Shown here: positions 10,201 to 17,900 of the stretch, one piece after another | Numbering within the stretch: position 1 is the first letter of the stretch | Layout: each line of letters opens with the position of its first letter | Source of the DNA: a virus | Reading direction: 5' to 3' (one strand) | Length of the DNA stretch: 64,000 nt | Virus record (IMG/VR): IMGVR_UViG_3300030099_008323 | Location: 32,001-96,000 of that record | Position numbers and translations under genes: made by a program | The notes under the pieces: generated by a model | The model's input: the letters and a program-made list of their open reading frames with translations, nothing else | The model's database searches: none | What the model was told of the DNA's origin: nothing

Positions 10201-10715
10201 GTACCGGTATCAGCAAAATTACCACTAACTTCAATTGTTGTAGAAGTAGCAGTAGCTTTCGTATAAGAGTCCGGGTTTGGCATAACAAAAAGACCATACG
10301 CGCCACCTGCTGAAGCAATGTCGTTTGCTGGTATGTTTGTTGTGCGCCAGCCAGCCTCGGATTTTGTATTTGAACTATAACCCACCTTATTTGTTGGGTG
10401 TTTTCCTAACAATCGGATAACTGTGCAAGGGGAGTTATTTCTCAACCAAGCTTGCGCAGCGTAAGCAGCATAAGTTGGGGCAGTCAGCCCATTAGTTCTC
10501 CAAATTTCACCAGCTGGAGTACCATCTGATGGGTTACCAAATACTTGAACTAATTCCTTGAAAGATTCAACTCTAACAGGCCTGTTCGAAGGTCCTTTAT
10601 TGAAACGCCCGACAATTACAGGCCCCATTCTCTCAGGTAAAACTGGCACCTGGGATTCATCAATCTCATCGATGAAAATACCAGGAGAAACAAATTTAAA
10701 TTTATCAACCGACAT
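7251..10715 (-). CDS. gp18: Tail sheath protein (gp18-like), enlarged
   Basis: N-terminal FVSPGIFIDEID...GRFNKGP; C-terminal WFAPAGFTRG...RDKLYDANINPIASFP..GVVIFGQKTLQ...ALDRINVRRLL...IFLKPARAIEFIALDF. Confidence 0.95.
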   Translation of the reverse strand: MSVDKFKFVSPGIFIDEIDESQVPVLPERMGPVIVGRFNKGPSNRPVRVESFKELVQVFGNPSDGTPAGEIWRTNGLTAPTYAAYAAQAWLRNNSPCTVIRLLGKHPTNKVGYSSNTKSEAGWRTTNIPANDIASAGGAYGLFVMPNPDSYTKATATSTTIEVSGNFADTGTYVNLSGSALDGEYLMITVPKSIGSAASASGIKLLVTGSLTGSGGVTTVAANTIHVSGASNLDLRKAIVHAINGYPDQDSGLIEGLSAVRAGIKYGAGATNGVPGVTASLASGLTVTTQAETAGPLGNNIKLSSSIAHLSTSTLKTTATKTSFLAGGANHEVTGTLAAIWYVNDGAVLLEGTDRAGTTTSGSAVTIKSTNQRFTAKIVKDGTSTSNVVKSATFNFDRDSDLYIRKVFNTNPTKTNGDLFAAADVEHYWLGETFDTNVQKNLAVTGSKVSSTGDFLGVILGLDGISNQADFDWWNRLQNNQAATTGWFFSQDTRGTTTASFDPTAHTERLFKFHALDSGEAGSRDIKISLMDIKAPSDNFNTYGSFTVLVRRATDNDNNMEILERFSGVNLDPKSANYIRRVIGDVKFTFDAATNVLKQEGLYENQSKYVRVEVTDLVELREAEGLHPYGVYGPAVAKTFRLLSGSAAAGLTDDSGAAVKDYVIGGGSTYPSASLAASHVVASDGLVHHGAALPSLATSASIEFPVTRMRVSSSEGGLIKGTQAFFGYQSNIEGTKRFDHTNLDLLRGAPASFNGTGAGEKISDFSQYQYSWVFTLDDVRVDPADSNHAVHTSGSRASGTSLSAQNGSSSPLDLNYNRFTTPLVGGFDGFDITEKNPLRNTFLENGAETTNYAYHTIKKAIDMISDNEFIEFDLATIPGLTNGALCNHLVDTCETRGDALAIIDLKGDFQPAEEDKTAESARIGTVSSAVSNLKGLNLNSSYGAAFYPFVQIRDLINDSILFVPPSVVALGTMSSAQRRSAVWFAPAGFTRGGLSEGSAGIPVLNVRQRLTSDDRDKLYDANINPIASFPAEGVVIFGQKTLQVTPSALDRINVRRLLIHVKKEVSRIASRVLFDQNVQSTWDRFVGQVKPFLDGVKSGLGLTDFRVVLDETTTTEDLIDRNILYAKIFLKPARAIEFIALDFIITRSGASFDD

Positions 10716-10769
10716 GTTATATGCTCCTTAAATACAAATAGTCCAAATTATACAGAACTTTTCCTTTAA

Positions 10770-10777
10770 TAAATAGT
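10770..10777 (-). promoter_or_regulatory. Putative late-promoter motif ACTATTTA upstream of sheath
   Basis: Exact motif, 54 nt before ATG 10715. Confidence 0.55.
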
Positions 10778-10797
10778 CTTGCATCGCTTGAAAGTAC

Positions 10798-11658
10798 TTA
10801 AAATCTAAAATCTCCATCGTTGTCTGGGTCCATGATAACTCTTTCTCTGGCAAATCTTATCTGTACAGCATTTTCACGGCGTACAACGCGCGGTTGAGTT
10901 TGATTTTTTCCATCGCCAATTAAATACCCAATAACCTCAATTGGAACTGTAGCTTCGTACTTTCTTTCATTTGACTCATAGTTCACGATCGTATTTTTGA
11001 CGCCAAAGTCGGCGCCGATAAAGCCCTCATACTGATTGTGATTGTGCGTCAATATTACTCTGTGGTGTGCATTAGAAACTCTTGCGAATGGTGTAAGCAT
11101 ATCATTCATTTGCTCTTGATACTCTGCTTTTAGATGTATTTTATAATTTATATCAACATATATTGGGAGAGGAATTGTTATTGTCTCATACACAATTTTT
11201 TTATTTTTATCTCCGTGCCTGTATAGAGGCGCATGAAGCTGCTTTTTGCGACGATAAGCATCAGCATTTGCAAAATTACTAGTTTTGTCTTGCTTTATTA
11301 CTTTATTTATTGTTATAGCGCCGCCTTTTATATCACCTCTTGGGTCTACCATTGCATAAGGCAGCGTGCGTTTATTAATTGTTTTTTTTACTGTTTCGCG
11401 CTCTACAACTATTATTGGATATTTTACCATACCCATGTTATCTCTTTCTATTGTTTCGTTTTTTGCGCTAAAAGCTCTCTCGGCGCCTGCCCAAACTACA
11501 GGCACCTTTTTAAAGCCCTCATTTGAACTGGAAAATATATCCAATCTGTCATTAACAAAATTATACACAGAAAAATCAATATCCTCAAGCTCAGATTTAT
11601 AAATAATTACATCTCTGGAGGTGTGCTCTTCATTTTTTGGATTATCACTATGTGCCAT
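10798..11658 (-). CDS. gp15: Tail terminator / sheath stabiliser (gp15-like)
   Basis: LEDIDFSVYNFV...KVPVVWAGAERAF...YPIIVVER...PIYVDINYKIHL pattern; position between neck and sheath. ATG 11658 chosen over TTG 11661. Confidence 0.65.
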   Translation of the reverse strand: MAHSDNPKNEEHTSRDVIIYKSELEDIDFSVYNFVNDRLDIFSSSNEGFKKVPVVWAGAERAFSAKNETIERDNMGMVKYPIIVVERETVKKTINKRTLPYAMVDPRGDIKGGAITINKVIKQDKTSNFANADAYRRKKQLHAPLYRHGDKNKKIVYETITIPLPIYVDINYKIHLKAEYQEQMNDMLTPFARVSNAHHRVILTHNHNQYEGFIGADFGVKNTIVNYESNERKYEATVPIEVIGYLIGDGKNQTQPRVVRRENAVQIRFARERVIMDPDNDGDFRF

Positions 11659-12142
11659 CAAATATACCTCTTCTAGCCTGCAAACACTCAGCTACAATTT
11701 CAATTCTGCGATCAGCTTGGCCAAAAAGCTCTTTTGGCTGTGTTAGTTTAACTATCTCATAAAAATTTTCGCCATAAGATATAAAATCCCCTTCTCTCAC
11801 AAACAAATCTTGATCTTCAGTTAGCCTTTTTTTGTGAAAATGAGCCTGCAGCTTAGTCACTTTATCGATGCCATAAGCATCTGTTCTTGTTTCCTCACCT
11901 TTAAAATCAATCAAGGCATATACTCTTATAGGAGGTAAAAAAGACTTAACAATCGCCTCATTATATAGAGGGTGAAAATTTGTTCTCTCCAGATCGATTG
12001 GATAGTATGCAATTACTTGACCAATAACCCTCTCAATCAATTCATCGTTGACCTGCTTTACTAAATCTCTCTCTTTCTCACCAAGAAACAGTGGTGGAGG
12101 AGGATTACTAGGTTGCGACCATTTATCTTTTTCATTAGCCAT
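11648..12142 (-). CDS. gp14: Neck / head-closure protein (gp14-like)
   Basis: LIERVIGQVIAYYPID...HPLYNEA...VREGDFISYGENFYEIVKL; between gp13-like and gp15-like genes. Confidence 0.65.
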   Translation of the reverse strand: MANEKDKWSQPSNPPPPLFLGEKERDLVKQVNDELIERVIGQVIAYYPIDLERTNFHPLYNEAIVKSFLPPIRVYALIDFKGEETRTDAYGIDKVTKLQAHFHKKRLTEDQDLFVREGDFISYGENFYEIVKLTQPKELFGQADRRIEIVAECLQARRGIFDGT

Positions 12143-12148
12143 TTAATA

Positions 12149-13438
12149 TTATCCTTGATAAATAAAGTAAGGGTATGTATTGGCCATTTCTTGAACTGTT
12201 TTGGCCATGCTGGTCTGCATTTCAGTAATTTTTTGATAAGTTAGCTCATCTAATACTTTCTGCAACTCCTCTCTAAGCATTTTTTGCTCTTCTCGCGCTT
12301 CTGTTATTAATTTGTCTCCATTTAAATTAACATTGTTCCCTGGGATTGGTATCGCACCAAATTTAGATCTAATCTGGCCTAGCATTTCTTTTGATATTGA
12401 CAATGCAAACCTTCGAATCCACTGTTTTCCAACCGAATTGATATTCTTAAAGGGAATATTTGCTAAAGGCAGTGTGTTCATGTTATTGACACCAGATACT
12501 CCAGAGTCTCTGTCAGTTTGATCTTCCCAAGGATCTTCATCGATTGTAAACTCAAACCAGTATTTATCAGGAGATACGCTGGTCGGCATAGGAAAAATCT
12601 TAAGATTGTTATTCTTAATTTCATAAGAATAATGAGAATTTCTAGTATATATGGCATCCTCATATGCCATGGCTTGAAGCTTGTTGTGCCATGGTGGAAT
12701 TAGCTCGTATGTGGAATCATCTGCATACATGCCGTAAGTTGATAAATTACCAACGGTGTTCATGCCGCCATAATATCCATAAAAACGCCACATTGCATGT
12801 GGTGTTTTATAGTATACTCTTCGAATTAGAATTCTCTTATTACCAACTTTGTTGTAAAAGCTTACATCACTGTCATTTGCAGATTGTGAAACAATTGCCT
12901 GCAAATCATAAGTTTGCTTTGAAGAAGACACAGTAAAAGAAGCAGAATATATGGGAGTTGTTCCGCCTAGGCCTATTTCAGTGACTGTGTTGTCCATTAT
13001 CCTTTTGGCATAACCAAATTTAAATTTTGGATACTTTGTCTCTACACTGCTTCCACTCAACAAATCAGTTCTCTGGCCATCAGAATCAAATGTACCTGTT
13101 GTAGATCCTAGAGAACTATGTAAGACATTCTTAGATTGGTGGACATTAATTATATACGAATATTCTAATACTGCCTCTTCGTAAGAAGCGTATATATTGC
13201 CAACTGTCAGCTCAATATCTAGAACGTCACCTCCAAGCTTCTTAAAGGTATAAGAAACTTGATCTGCGGCTCCAGTTACAAAGTTATTATCATAGAGGGT
13301 GTCACCGGTTGTTACATAAAGCCCAAAAGGGTAAAGTCCAGTGTTGCCGGCTCCGTCAGTTCCAGTGCCTAGCGTGCCTGTTGAAGGCAGTCTAACCGAT
13401 GATATCTGTGAGCCGGGTGTTAAAGTGGGTGTCGCCAT
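12149..13438 (-). CDS. gp13: Neck / head-tail adaptor (gp13-like)
   Basis: YTFKKLGGDVLDIELT...WIRRFALSISKEMLGQIRSKFGAIPIPGNNVNLNGDKLITEAREE, typical of the T4 gp13 family. Confidence 0.75.
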   Translation of the reverse strand: MATPTLTPGSQISSVRLPSTGTLGTGTDGAGNTGLYPFGLYVTTGDTLYDNNFVTGAADQVSYTFKKLGGDVLDIELTVGNIYASYEEAVLEYSYIINVHQSKNVLHSSLGSTTGTFDSDGQRTDLLSGSSVETKYPKFKFGYAKRIMDNTVTEIGLGGTTPIYSASFTVSSSKQTYDLQAIVSQSANDSDVSFYNKVGNKRILIRRVYYKTPHAMWRFYGYYGGMNTVGNLSTYGMYADDSTYELIPPWHNKLQAMAYEDAIYTRNSHYSYEIKNNNLKIFPMPTSVSPDKYWFEFTIDEDPWEDQTDRDSGVSGVNNMNTLPLANIPFKNINSVGKQWIRRFALSISKEMLGQIRSKFGAIPIPGNNVNLNGDKLITEAREEQKMLREELQKVLDELTYQKITEMQTSMAKTVQEMANTYPYFIYQG

Positions 13439-13461
13439 TCATATGATCTCCTATCACAGTA

Positions 13462-13469
13462 TAATTAGT
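13462..13469 (-). promoter_or_regulatory. Putative late-promoter variant ACTAATTA
   Basis: One mismatch to consensus, 23 nt before ATG 13438. Confidence 0.5.
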
Positions 13470-13487
13470 TGTGAAACAATGAATTAG

Positions 13488-13808
13488 CTACTTCTTATTG
13501 GCATTGGCTTCACGCGCTTCTCTTTTGGTCTTAACCAGCTCTCTTACACGAATTGAAACTTCTCTAGCATTTCTGATTTTGTCTAGAGGTGTTTGAAAGT
13601 CAATATTCTTTTTGGTTACAGTATCTTCAACCTCATGGTTGGCAATTGCTATGGTAGCATCTAAAATAGAGTTTTTTGCCTCTTCAAGTTGTTGCTTATC
13701 TTGCTCAGAGAACTTTTCTTTTTTTTTGGCTGAGCCTATGAAAGATTGTAACTTTTGAAATTGCTGTGCCAACATATGATATTTTCCGTTTTTTATATCT
13801 TCTGACAT
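13488..13808 (-). CDS. Hypothetical helical protein
   Basis: 106-aa ORF, start overlaps the stop of the upstream gene (TAATG); no recognised family. Confidence 0.6.
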   Translation of the reverse strand: MSEDIKNGKYHMLAQQFQKLQSFIGSAKKKEKFSEQDKQQLEEAKNSILDATIAIANHEVEDTVTKKNIDFQTPLDKIRNAREVSIRVRELVKTKREAREANANKK

Positions 13809-14206
13809 TATTTCACTTTTTTAGAAGTTGATTTTTTAGTTCTACTAGATGCAGGCGCTTTTCTAGCCGGAGCCTTCTTTACTGCTTTAGGCTTCTTAAG
13901 AGTTGCCTTGGGGCTGGCTGCTTTAGGCGCTTCGACCACCACAGGATCCGGAACGCTCTCTACTTCTACTTTTTCCTCTTCAACGACAGGAGTAGTGCTT
14001 ACAGTTTTTTCTTGTAAAGCCTCAACTGCAATTGCTTCAACAACTTCTTTCTTTGCTACTTCTATTTCTTGCTGCTCTTGTTCTGTCACAACACCATCTG
14101 CTACTGCATCCTCAACAACACCTCTTAGGCGATTGTAGGTTTCTCTAACAGAAGCATATTTTTTAGCGTATTTTGGACTGTGTAGTCTTCTCTTCCTTTT
14201 ACCCAT
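13808..14206 (-). CDS. Basic protein with Lys/Ala/Pro-rich (histone H1-like) tail
   Basis: N-terminal MGKRKRRLHSPKYAKKY, acidic middle, C-terminal PKAASPKATLKKPKAVKKAPARKAPASSRTKKSTSKKVK; own promoter motif. Confidence 0.65.
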   Translation of the reverse strand: MGKRKRRLHSPKYAKKYASVRETYNRLRGVVEDAVADGVVTEQEQQEIEVAKKEVVEAIAVEALQEKTVSTTPVVEEEKVEVESVPDPVVVEAPKAASPKATLKKPKAVKKAPARKAPASSRTKKSTSKKVK

Positions 14207-14230
14207 AGTATAACTCCCAAGTTACTAATA

Positions 14231-14238
14231 TAAATAGT
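14231..14238 (-). promoter_or_regulatory. Putative late-promoter motif ACTATTTA
   Basis: Exact motif, 24 nt before ATG 14206. Confidence 0.6.
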
Positions 14239-14242
14239 ATAT

Positions 14243-14277
14243 AAAATAAAAAGCCCTTTGTTAAGAACAAAGGGCTT
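14243..14277 (-). terminator. Intrinsic terminator
   Basis: Perfect 12-bp inverted repeat AAGCCCTTTGTT/AACAAAGGGCTT (14251-14277), 3-nt loop, followed on the minus strand by a U-rich tract. Confidence 0.8.
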
Positions 14278-14304
14278 AGTATTGATAAGGCTGTTTATCT
14301 TCTA

Positions 14305-14736
14305 TTAAGAAATGGCCATGCAGCCGTCAAGCTTGGTTTGTCCGTGAAAATAAAACTTTGATCCGTCACAAATAAACTCAACGAAGTCTCCAACCGTATC
14401 TGCAGCGTTTGCTATAGTTATTTGAGTTGCGCCTGTTGTACTTGGGCCGTCGTCGTCGGTGTCTACTTCAAGCTCATTAATTCCACCAACAAGCACATCA
14501 GTGTCTACGGATGTCTTTTCTGTAATAACAAGTGTGTTAGAGGCAACGTTGGTGCCGATGACAAATCTCACCCACCAACCGTTGCCAGCCTCTGCAACTG
14601 ATGGTAAGGTAACCGTGCACCCAGCAGCGGCGTTGAGCATCATCAAAGTACCACAATCGTGCACCTCTAGTTGTTTCGAAGCAGTAATCGATTCAACTTT
14701 TTTTCTATCTGCGCTATATCTTCCTAATTTAGCCAT
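14305..14736 (-). CDS. Probable capsid decoration / head-associated beta-rich protein
   Basis: DCGTLMMLNAAAGCTVTLP..A.AGNGWWVRFVIG pattern seen in phage head cement/fibre proteins; immediately after major capsid, own promoter motif, SD AAGGAG. Confidence 0.55.
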   Translation of the reverse strand: MAKLGRYSADRKKVESITASKQLEVHDCGTLMMLNAAAGCTVTLPSVAEAGNGWWVRFVIGTNVASNTLVITEKTSVDTDVLVGGINELEVDTDDDGPSTTGATQITIANAADTVGDFVEFICDGSKFYFHGQTKLDGCMAIS

Positions 14737-14783
14737 GTTCGTTTTCTCCTTTTATAGAAGGCAATGCGCCTTATCAATCATAG

Positions 14784-14791
14784 TAAATAGT
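14784..14791 (-). promoter_or_regulatory. Putative late-promoter motif ACTATTTA
   Basis: Exact motif, 47 nt before ATG 14736, just downstream of the capsid terminator. Confidence 0.55.
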
Positions 14792-14811
14792 TGTATAATA
14801 CTTTAAGTTCC

Positions 14812-14851
14812 AAATAAAAAACCCCGCCAAGAGAAAACTCAAGGCGGGGTT
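14812..14851 (-). terminator. Intrinsic terminator after major capsid gene
   Basis: Minus strand AACCCCGCC-TT-GAG-TTTT-CTC-TT-GGCGGGGTT then TTTTATTT. Confidence 0.85.
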
Positions 14852-14870
14852 AGTTTAGCTAGCTTTTATC

Positions 14871-16727
14871 TTAGCTTGCGCCAGCTTCGCCAAGGAGGCC
14901 GCGACATACGACAAGACCGTACATATCAGGACGGACCATCTTCTTAGCGTAACGGGTCATGACACCCTTACGTGGCACGAAGTCTTCCGTACCAAAGATG
15001 GTAGGAGTGACCTGTAGCGGGACGTAAGGAGCGTAAACAAATCCGCTCTCCAAGAAGCTTCCACCTTTACGACCAACGAGAATAAGATTTCTCATGAAAT
15101 AAGGATCAACATAAACATCGAACTTCTTCGAAATCGATCCAACATTCACAGCACCAACAGTGCCACGATCTGCATCGGCGGTGACGCTAGCACGGAAACC
15201 AGCAGTAAACTCAAGGATATTAGCAACTTCAGGTGATGTCACCAAGAAGTTAGCTCCACCACGAAGAGTCTTTCTGTGGATCTGGGCTGAAACGTCATTA
15301 ATGGTCTCAATAAGAGTCTCGTACCACTCGCTAACCGTACCAGTGAAGTCAGGAGCAGCTGCCGTAGCACCAAGCTCTGCACCGGTTAGGCGGTTAACAA
15401 ATAGACCAGGTGAGCGTGACCAGTAGTAAGTACCAGCGGTTGCACCCTGAACGAGATCATTGAGAATCTCACGATCGATCTCTAAAGCAATCTGCTCAGA
15501 GAGGATCTGGGTAAGCTCAACCTCAGCGTCGAGATTGTGGTAAGCATTGAGGTCCTGACCAAGTTCAGGAGTCCACTTTGCCTTGAGCTTTTTGGTGACA
15601 GCGGTAACAGCGATGCTGTCAACCTTGATGTCAATCTCAGGGATATCATCGTTAACATTCACGCCATTGAACAATGAACTATTGCCTTCTCCGGCACCTT
15701 CAAGTCCCCAGTGAGCCGTACCAACAACGGCGCCGAGTGCGTCGCCTTTTGCAAACGCATCAGCTAGTGGGTAAGACAAGTGACAGTCAACTGCAGCAAC
15801 GTCTGCGCTAGAATCAAACGCGTTATCACCATGAAGGGTAAAGAGAATTCTCTTTGTACCATCAGAGGAAATGTGAGTTCTAGTAAGACGACGAACAATG
15901 CGAGCGTCCTCATTGCCCTGCTGACCAAATGCTGTACCATCAGAACCTGAAGGAGTCAAATTAAGAGCGATTGGGTTGTTGTGGTTGATTGAATTCCAGA
16001 CAGCGTCTGTAACTGTAACCATAACCTGAGCAACTTTGTCAGTGCCCTCAGCGGCGAGAAGATCAGGATCGTAACGAAGCTGCTTCTTCTGTGCCTCAGA
16101 GAGCGCATTAATGTTGGTCTCAGTTTGGAGATCAGCAGTAATATCGCCATATCCCGCTGCGGCTGTTGTAGCATCTGCAACAAGAACAGCTGAATTAGCA
16201 ATGATAATAGAACCAGTCGGTGATGCATAGCCGTTATTTAAGTTGTAGAAACTCTTATCAGCATTGTCACCATCATAAAGGAGGTTGCCGTCTCTCGCCT
16301 CTTGGCTAAGATCGACACCACCAGTAAGCTGGCTACCAACAACTCCACCACCGTACAAGGACTGATCTGCACGTGCATTAGTTCTAGTATCAGTGAAAGT
16401 GAAGTCCATGAAGAAAATGAGGCCGGAGGGCAAGCTCATTGGCTGCACGGAAACAAGCTCGTTGGCCAAAAGACCACCGAACACACGACGAACGATTGGG
16501 AATGCAACAGATGCAAAACCTTCAACGTCGCCACCAGCCATCGAGGAAGCCTCTTTAAGAAGCTGCGCGGCTTGGTTTTCTAATAGACGGGCCATGCCCT
16601 GTCTCTTGCTATCGTTTTCGATACCCTCAAGAAGTCCAGTGCGCTCCCACTTTTCTAGCAAAGCAGCACCCTCTTTCTGTAGGCTTCTCTCAACGATGCC
16701 TTCAGTTAATTTTTTTAAAACAGACAT
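14871..16727 (-). CDS. gp23: Major capsid protein (T4 gp23 family)
   Basis: FPIVRRVFGGLLANELVSVQPMSLPSGLIFF...KKLKAKWTPELGQDLNAYHNLDAEVELT..LSEQIALEIDREIL...GFVYAPYVPLQ...PRKGVMTRYA; SD AAGGAG. Confidence 0.97.
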   Translation of the reverse strand: MSVLKKLTEGIVERSLQKEGAALLEKWERTGLLEGIENDSKRQGMARLLENQAAQLLKEASSMAGGDVEGFASVAFPIVRRVFGGLLANELVSVQPMSLPSGLIFFMDFTFTDTRTNARADQSLYGGGVVGSQLTGGVDLSQEARDGNLLYDGDNADKSFYNLNNGYASPTGSIIIANSAVLVADATTAAAGYGDITADLQTETNINALSEAQKKQLRYDPDLLAAEGTDKVAQVMVTVTDAVWNSINHNNPIALNLTPSGSDGTAFGQQGNEDARIVRRLTRTHISSDGTKRILFTLHGDNAFDSSADVAAVDCHLSYPLADAFAKGDALGAVVGTAHWGLEGAGEGNSSLFNGVNVNDDIPEIDIKVDSIAVTAVTKKLKAKWTPELGQDLNAYHNLDAEVELTQILSEQIALEIDREILNDLVQGATAGTYYWSRSPGLFVNRLTGAELGATAAAPDFTGTVSEWYETLIETINDVSAQIHRKTLRGGANFLVTSPEVANILEFTAGFRASVTADADRGTVGAVNVGSISKKFDVYVDPYFMRNLILVGRKGGSFLESGFVYAPYVPLQVTPTIFGTEDFVPRKGVMTRYAKKMVRPDMYGLVVCRGLLGEAGAS

Positions 16728-16746
16728 TTTGAAATCTCCTATAATA

Positions 16747-17823
16747 TTAGTTTTTGTCTATTCCAGCAAGGAATTTCCAACGATTATACGTTGGGTTATC
16801 TTTTTGTCTACTGGCTCTCTCTCTGCCAGCCGACAATATCATTGAAGATTGCTTTTGTACTGCTTCGCCTAGTGATTTTGGCCGCGATTTGCGAGAGGTG
16901 CTGCCCACAGTGCCTTGAAGTGTATCAAAAATTACTTTTGCTTCTTCAACAGTTTCAGCGTTTGTAACAGCTTCGACAAGTTTTTGTTTTTGCCGCTCAT
17001 TTAAGGAGTCGCTGTTAAGCGCTTTGTTTTGATATAATAACTTTGCTTTTGATAAGTTTGTTGTCTCTAGTTTTTCTTTTAACAACATTGTCACTTCTTT
17101 AAGCTTTTCAATTTGCAAAGTTTTTTGCTCTAGCAAGTTTGTTAAATCATTATTTTTCTTACTTAAGCTTTCGTTAGTTATTTTCATTTTTGCAGCTGCA
17201 TCTCTCATGGCAGCGCGCTCTTCGCGAACTTTCGAATCTTGTTCTAGTGCCAGCAATTCTTCCTCAGCTAACTCTAAAACAGAAGCCGGTGTGCGCATCC
17301 AGCCAGTTTTTTGTGGCTTCATGTCAACAATAAGCTCCTCAACAATTTCTTGCAGGTCGCCCTCTTCTAATTCGATGCCCTCTTCTTCTAAGTCTTCGTC
17401 TAGACTCTCTTCTTCTAATTCGATACCCTCTTGCTCTAAATCTTCGTCTAGGTTCTCTTCTTCTAAAGCATCTTCTTCGTTTAGCAAGCTTCTTTTTAAA
17501 GCATCTATTTCCTCTGTTAACTTGTCTAAAGGAATTTCTACCACATCATCAGATTCTAAAGTGGCGGCTACTGGAATATGGGCTAAAACTGAAGATTCTT
17601 CAAAATTTGAGCCGCCGGCTTGCTCTTCCTGGTTAAACGGATCTTCCATGTCTCCCAAACCAGGTATTTCGAGAGATGGAGTTTCTTCTTGCTCTAAAAG
17701 ACTTTCTACGGCTTCTTTAATTTGACCTGAAAATTTTTCCAATACTAAGGTCTCTGCATTTTTCACTGCAGCTGTTCTTAAGGCCTGAGCGTCAATTATC
17801 GCTTTTTCTAACATTTCAGACAT
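16747..17823 (-). CDS. Prohead core / scaffolding protein (gp22-like)
   Basis: Very acidic N-half, coiled-coil C-half (NLSKAKLLYQNKAL...KQKLVEAVTNAETVEEAKVIF...RWKFLAGI); directly upstream of capsid. Confidence 0.8.
   Translation of the reverse strand: MSEMLEKAIIDAQALRTAAVKNAETLVLEKFSGQIKEAVESLLEQEETPSLEIPGLGDMEDPFNQEEQAGGSNFEESSVLAHIPVAATLESDDVVEIPLDKLTEEIDALKRSLLNEEDALEEENLDEDLEQEGIELEEESLDEDLEEEGIELEEGDLQEIVEELIVDMKPQKTGWMRTPASVLELAEEELLALEQDSKVREERAAMRDAAAKMKITNESLSKKNNDLTNLLEQKTLQIEKLKEVTMLLKEKLETTNLSKAKLLYQNKALNSDSLNERQKQKLVEAVTNAETVEEAKVIFDTLQGTVGSTSRKSRPKSLGEAVQKQSSMILSAGRERASRQKDNPTYNRWKFLAGIDKN
17363..17466. repeat. 48-bp tandem repeat (2 copies plus partial) inside scaffold gene
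   Basis: TCTTCTAA anchors at 17363, 17411, 17459; encodes EDLEQEGIELEEESLD / EDLEEEGIELEEGDL. Confidence 0.8.
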
Positions 17824-17852
17824 AGAGATGCTCCTGAGGGTTTATATCATAA

Positions 17853-17860
17853 TAAGTAGT
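17853..17860 (-). promoter_or_regulatory. Putative late-promoter variant ACTACTTA upstream of scaffold-capsid operon
   Basis: One mismatch, 29 nt before ATG 17823. Confidence 0.55.
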
Positions 17861-17900
17861 CGTAAAATATAGAAAATTCCTTTCAAATATTATCAGAGCT

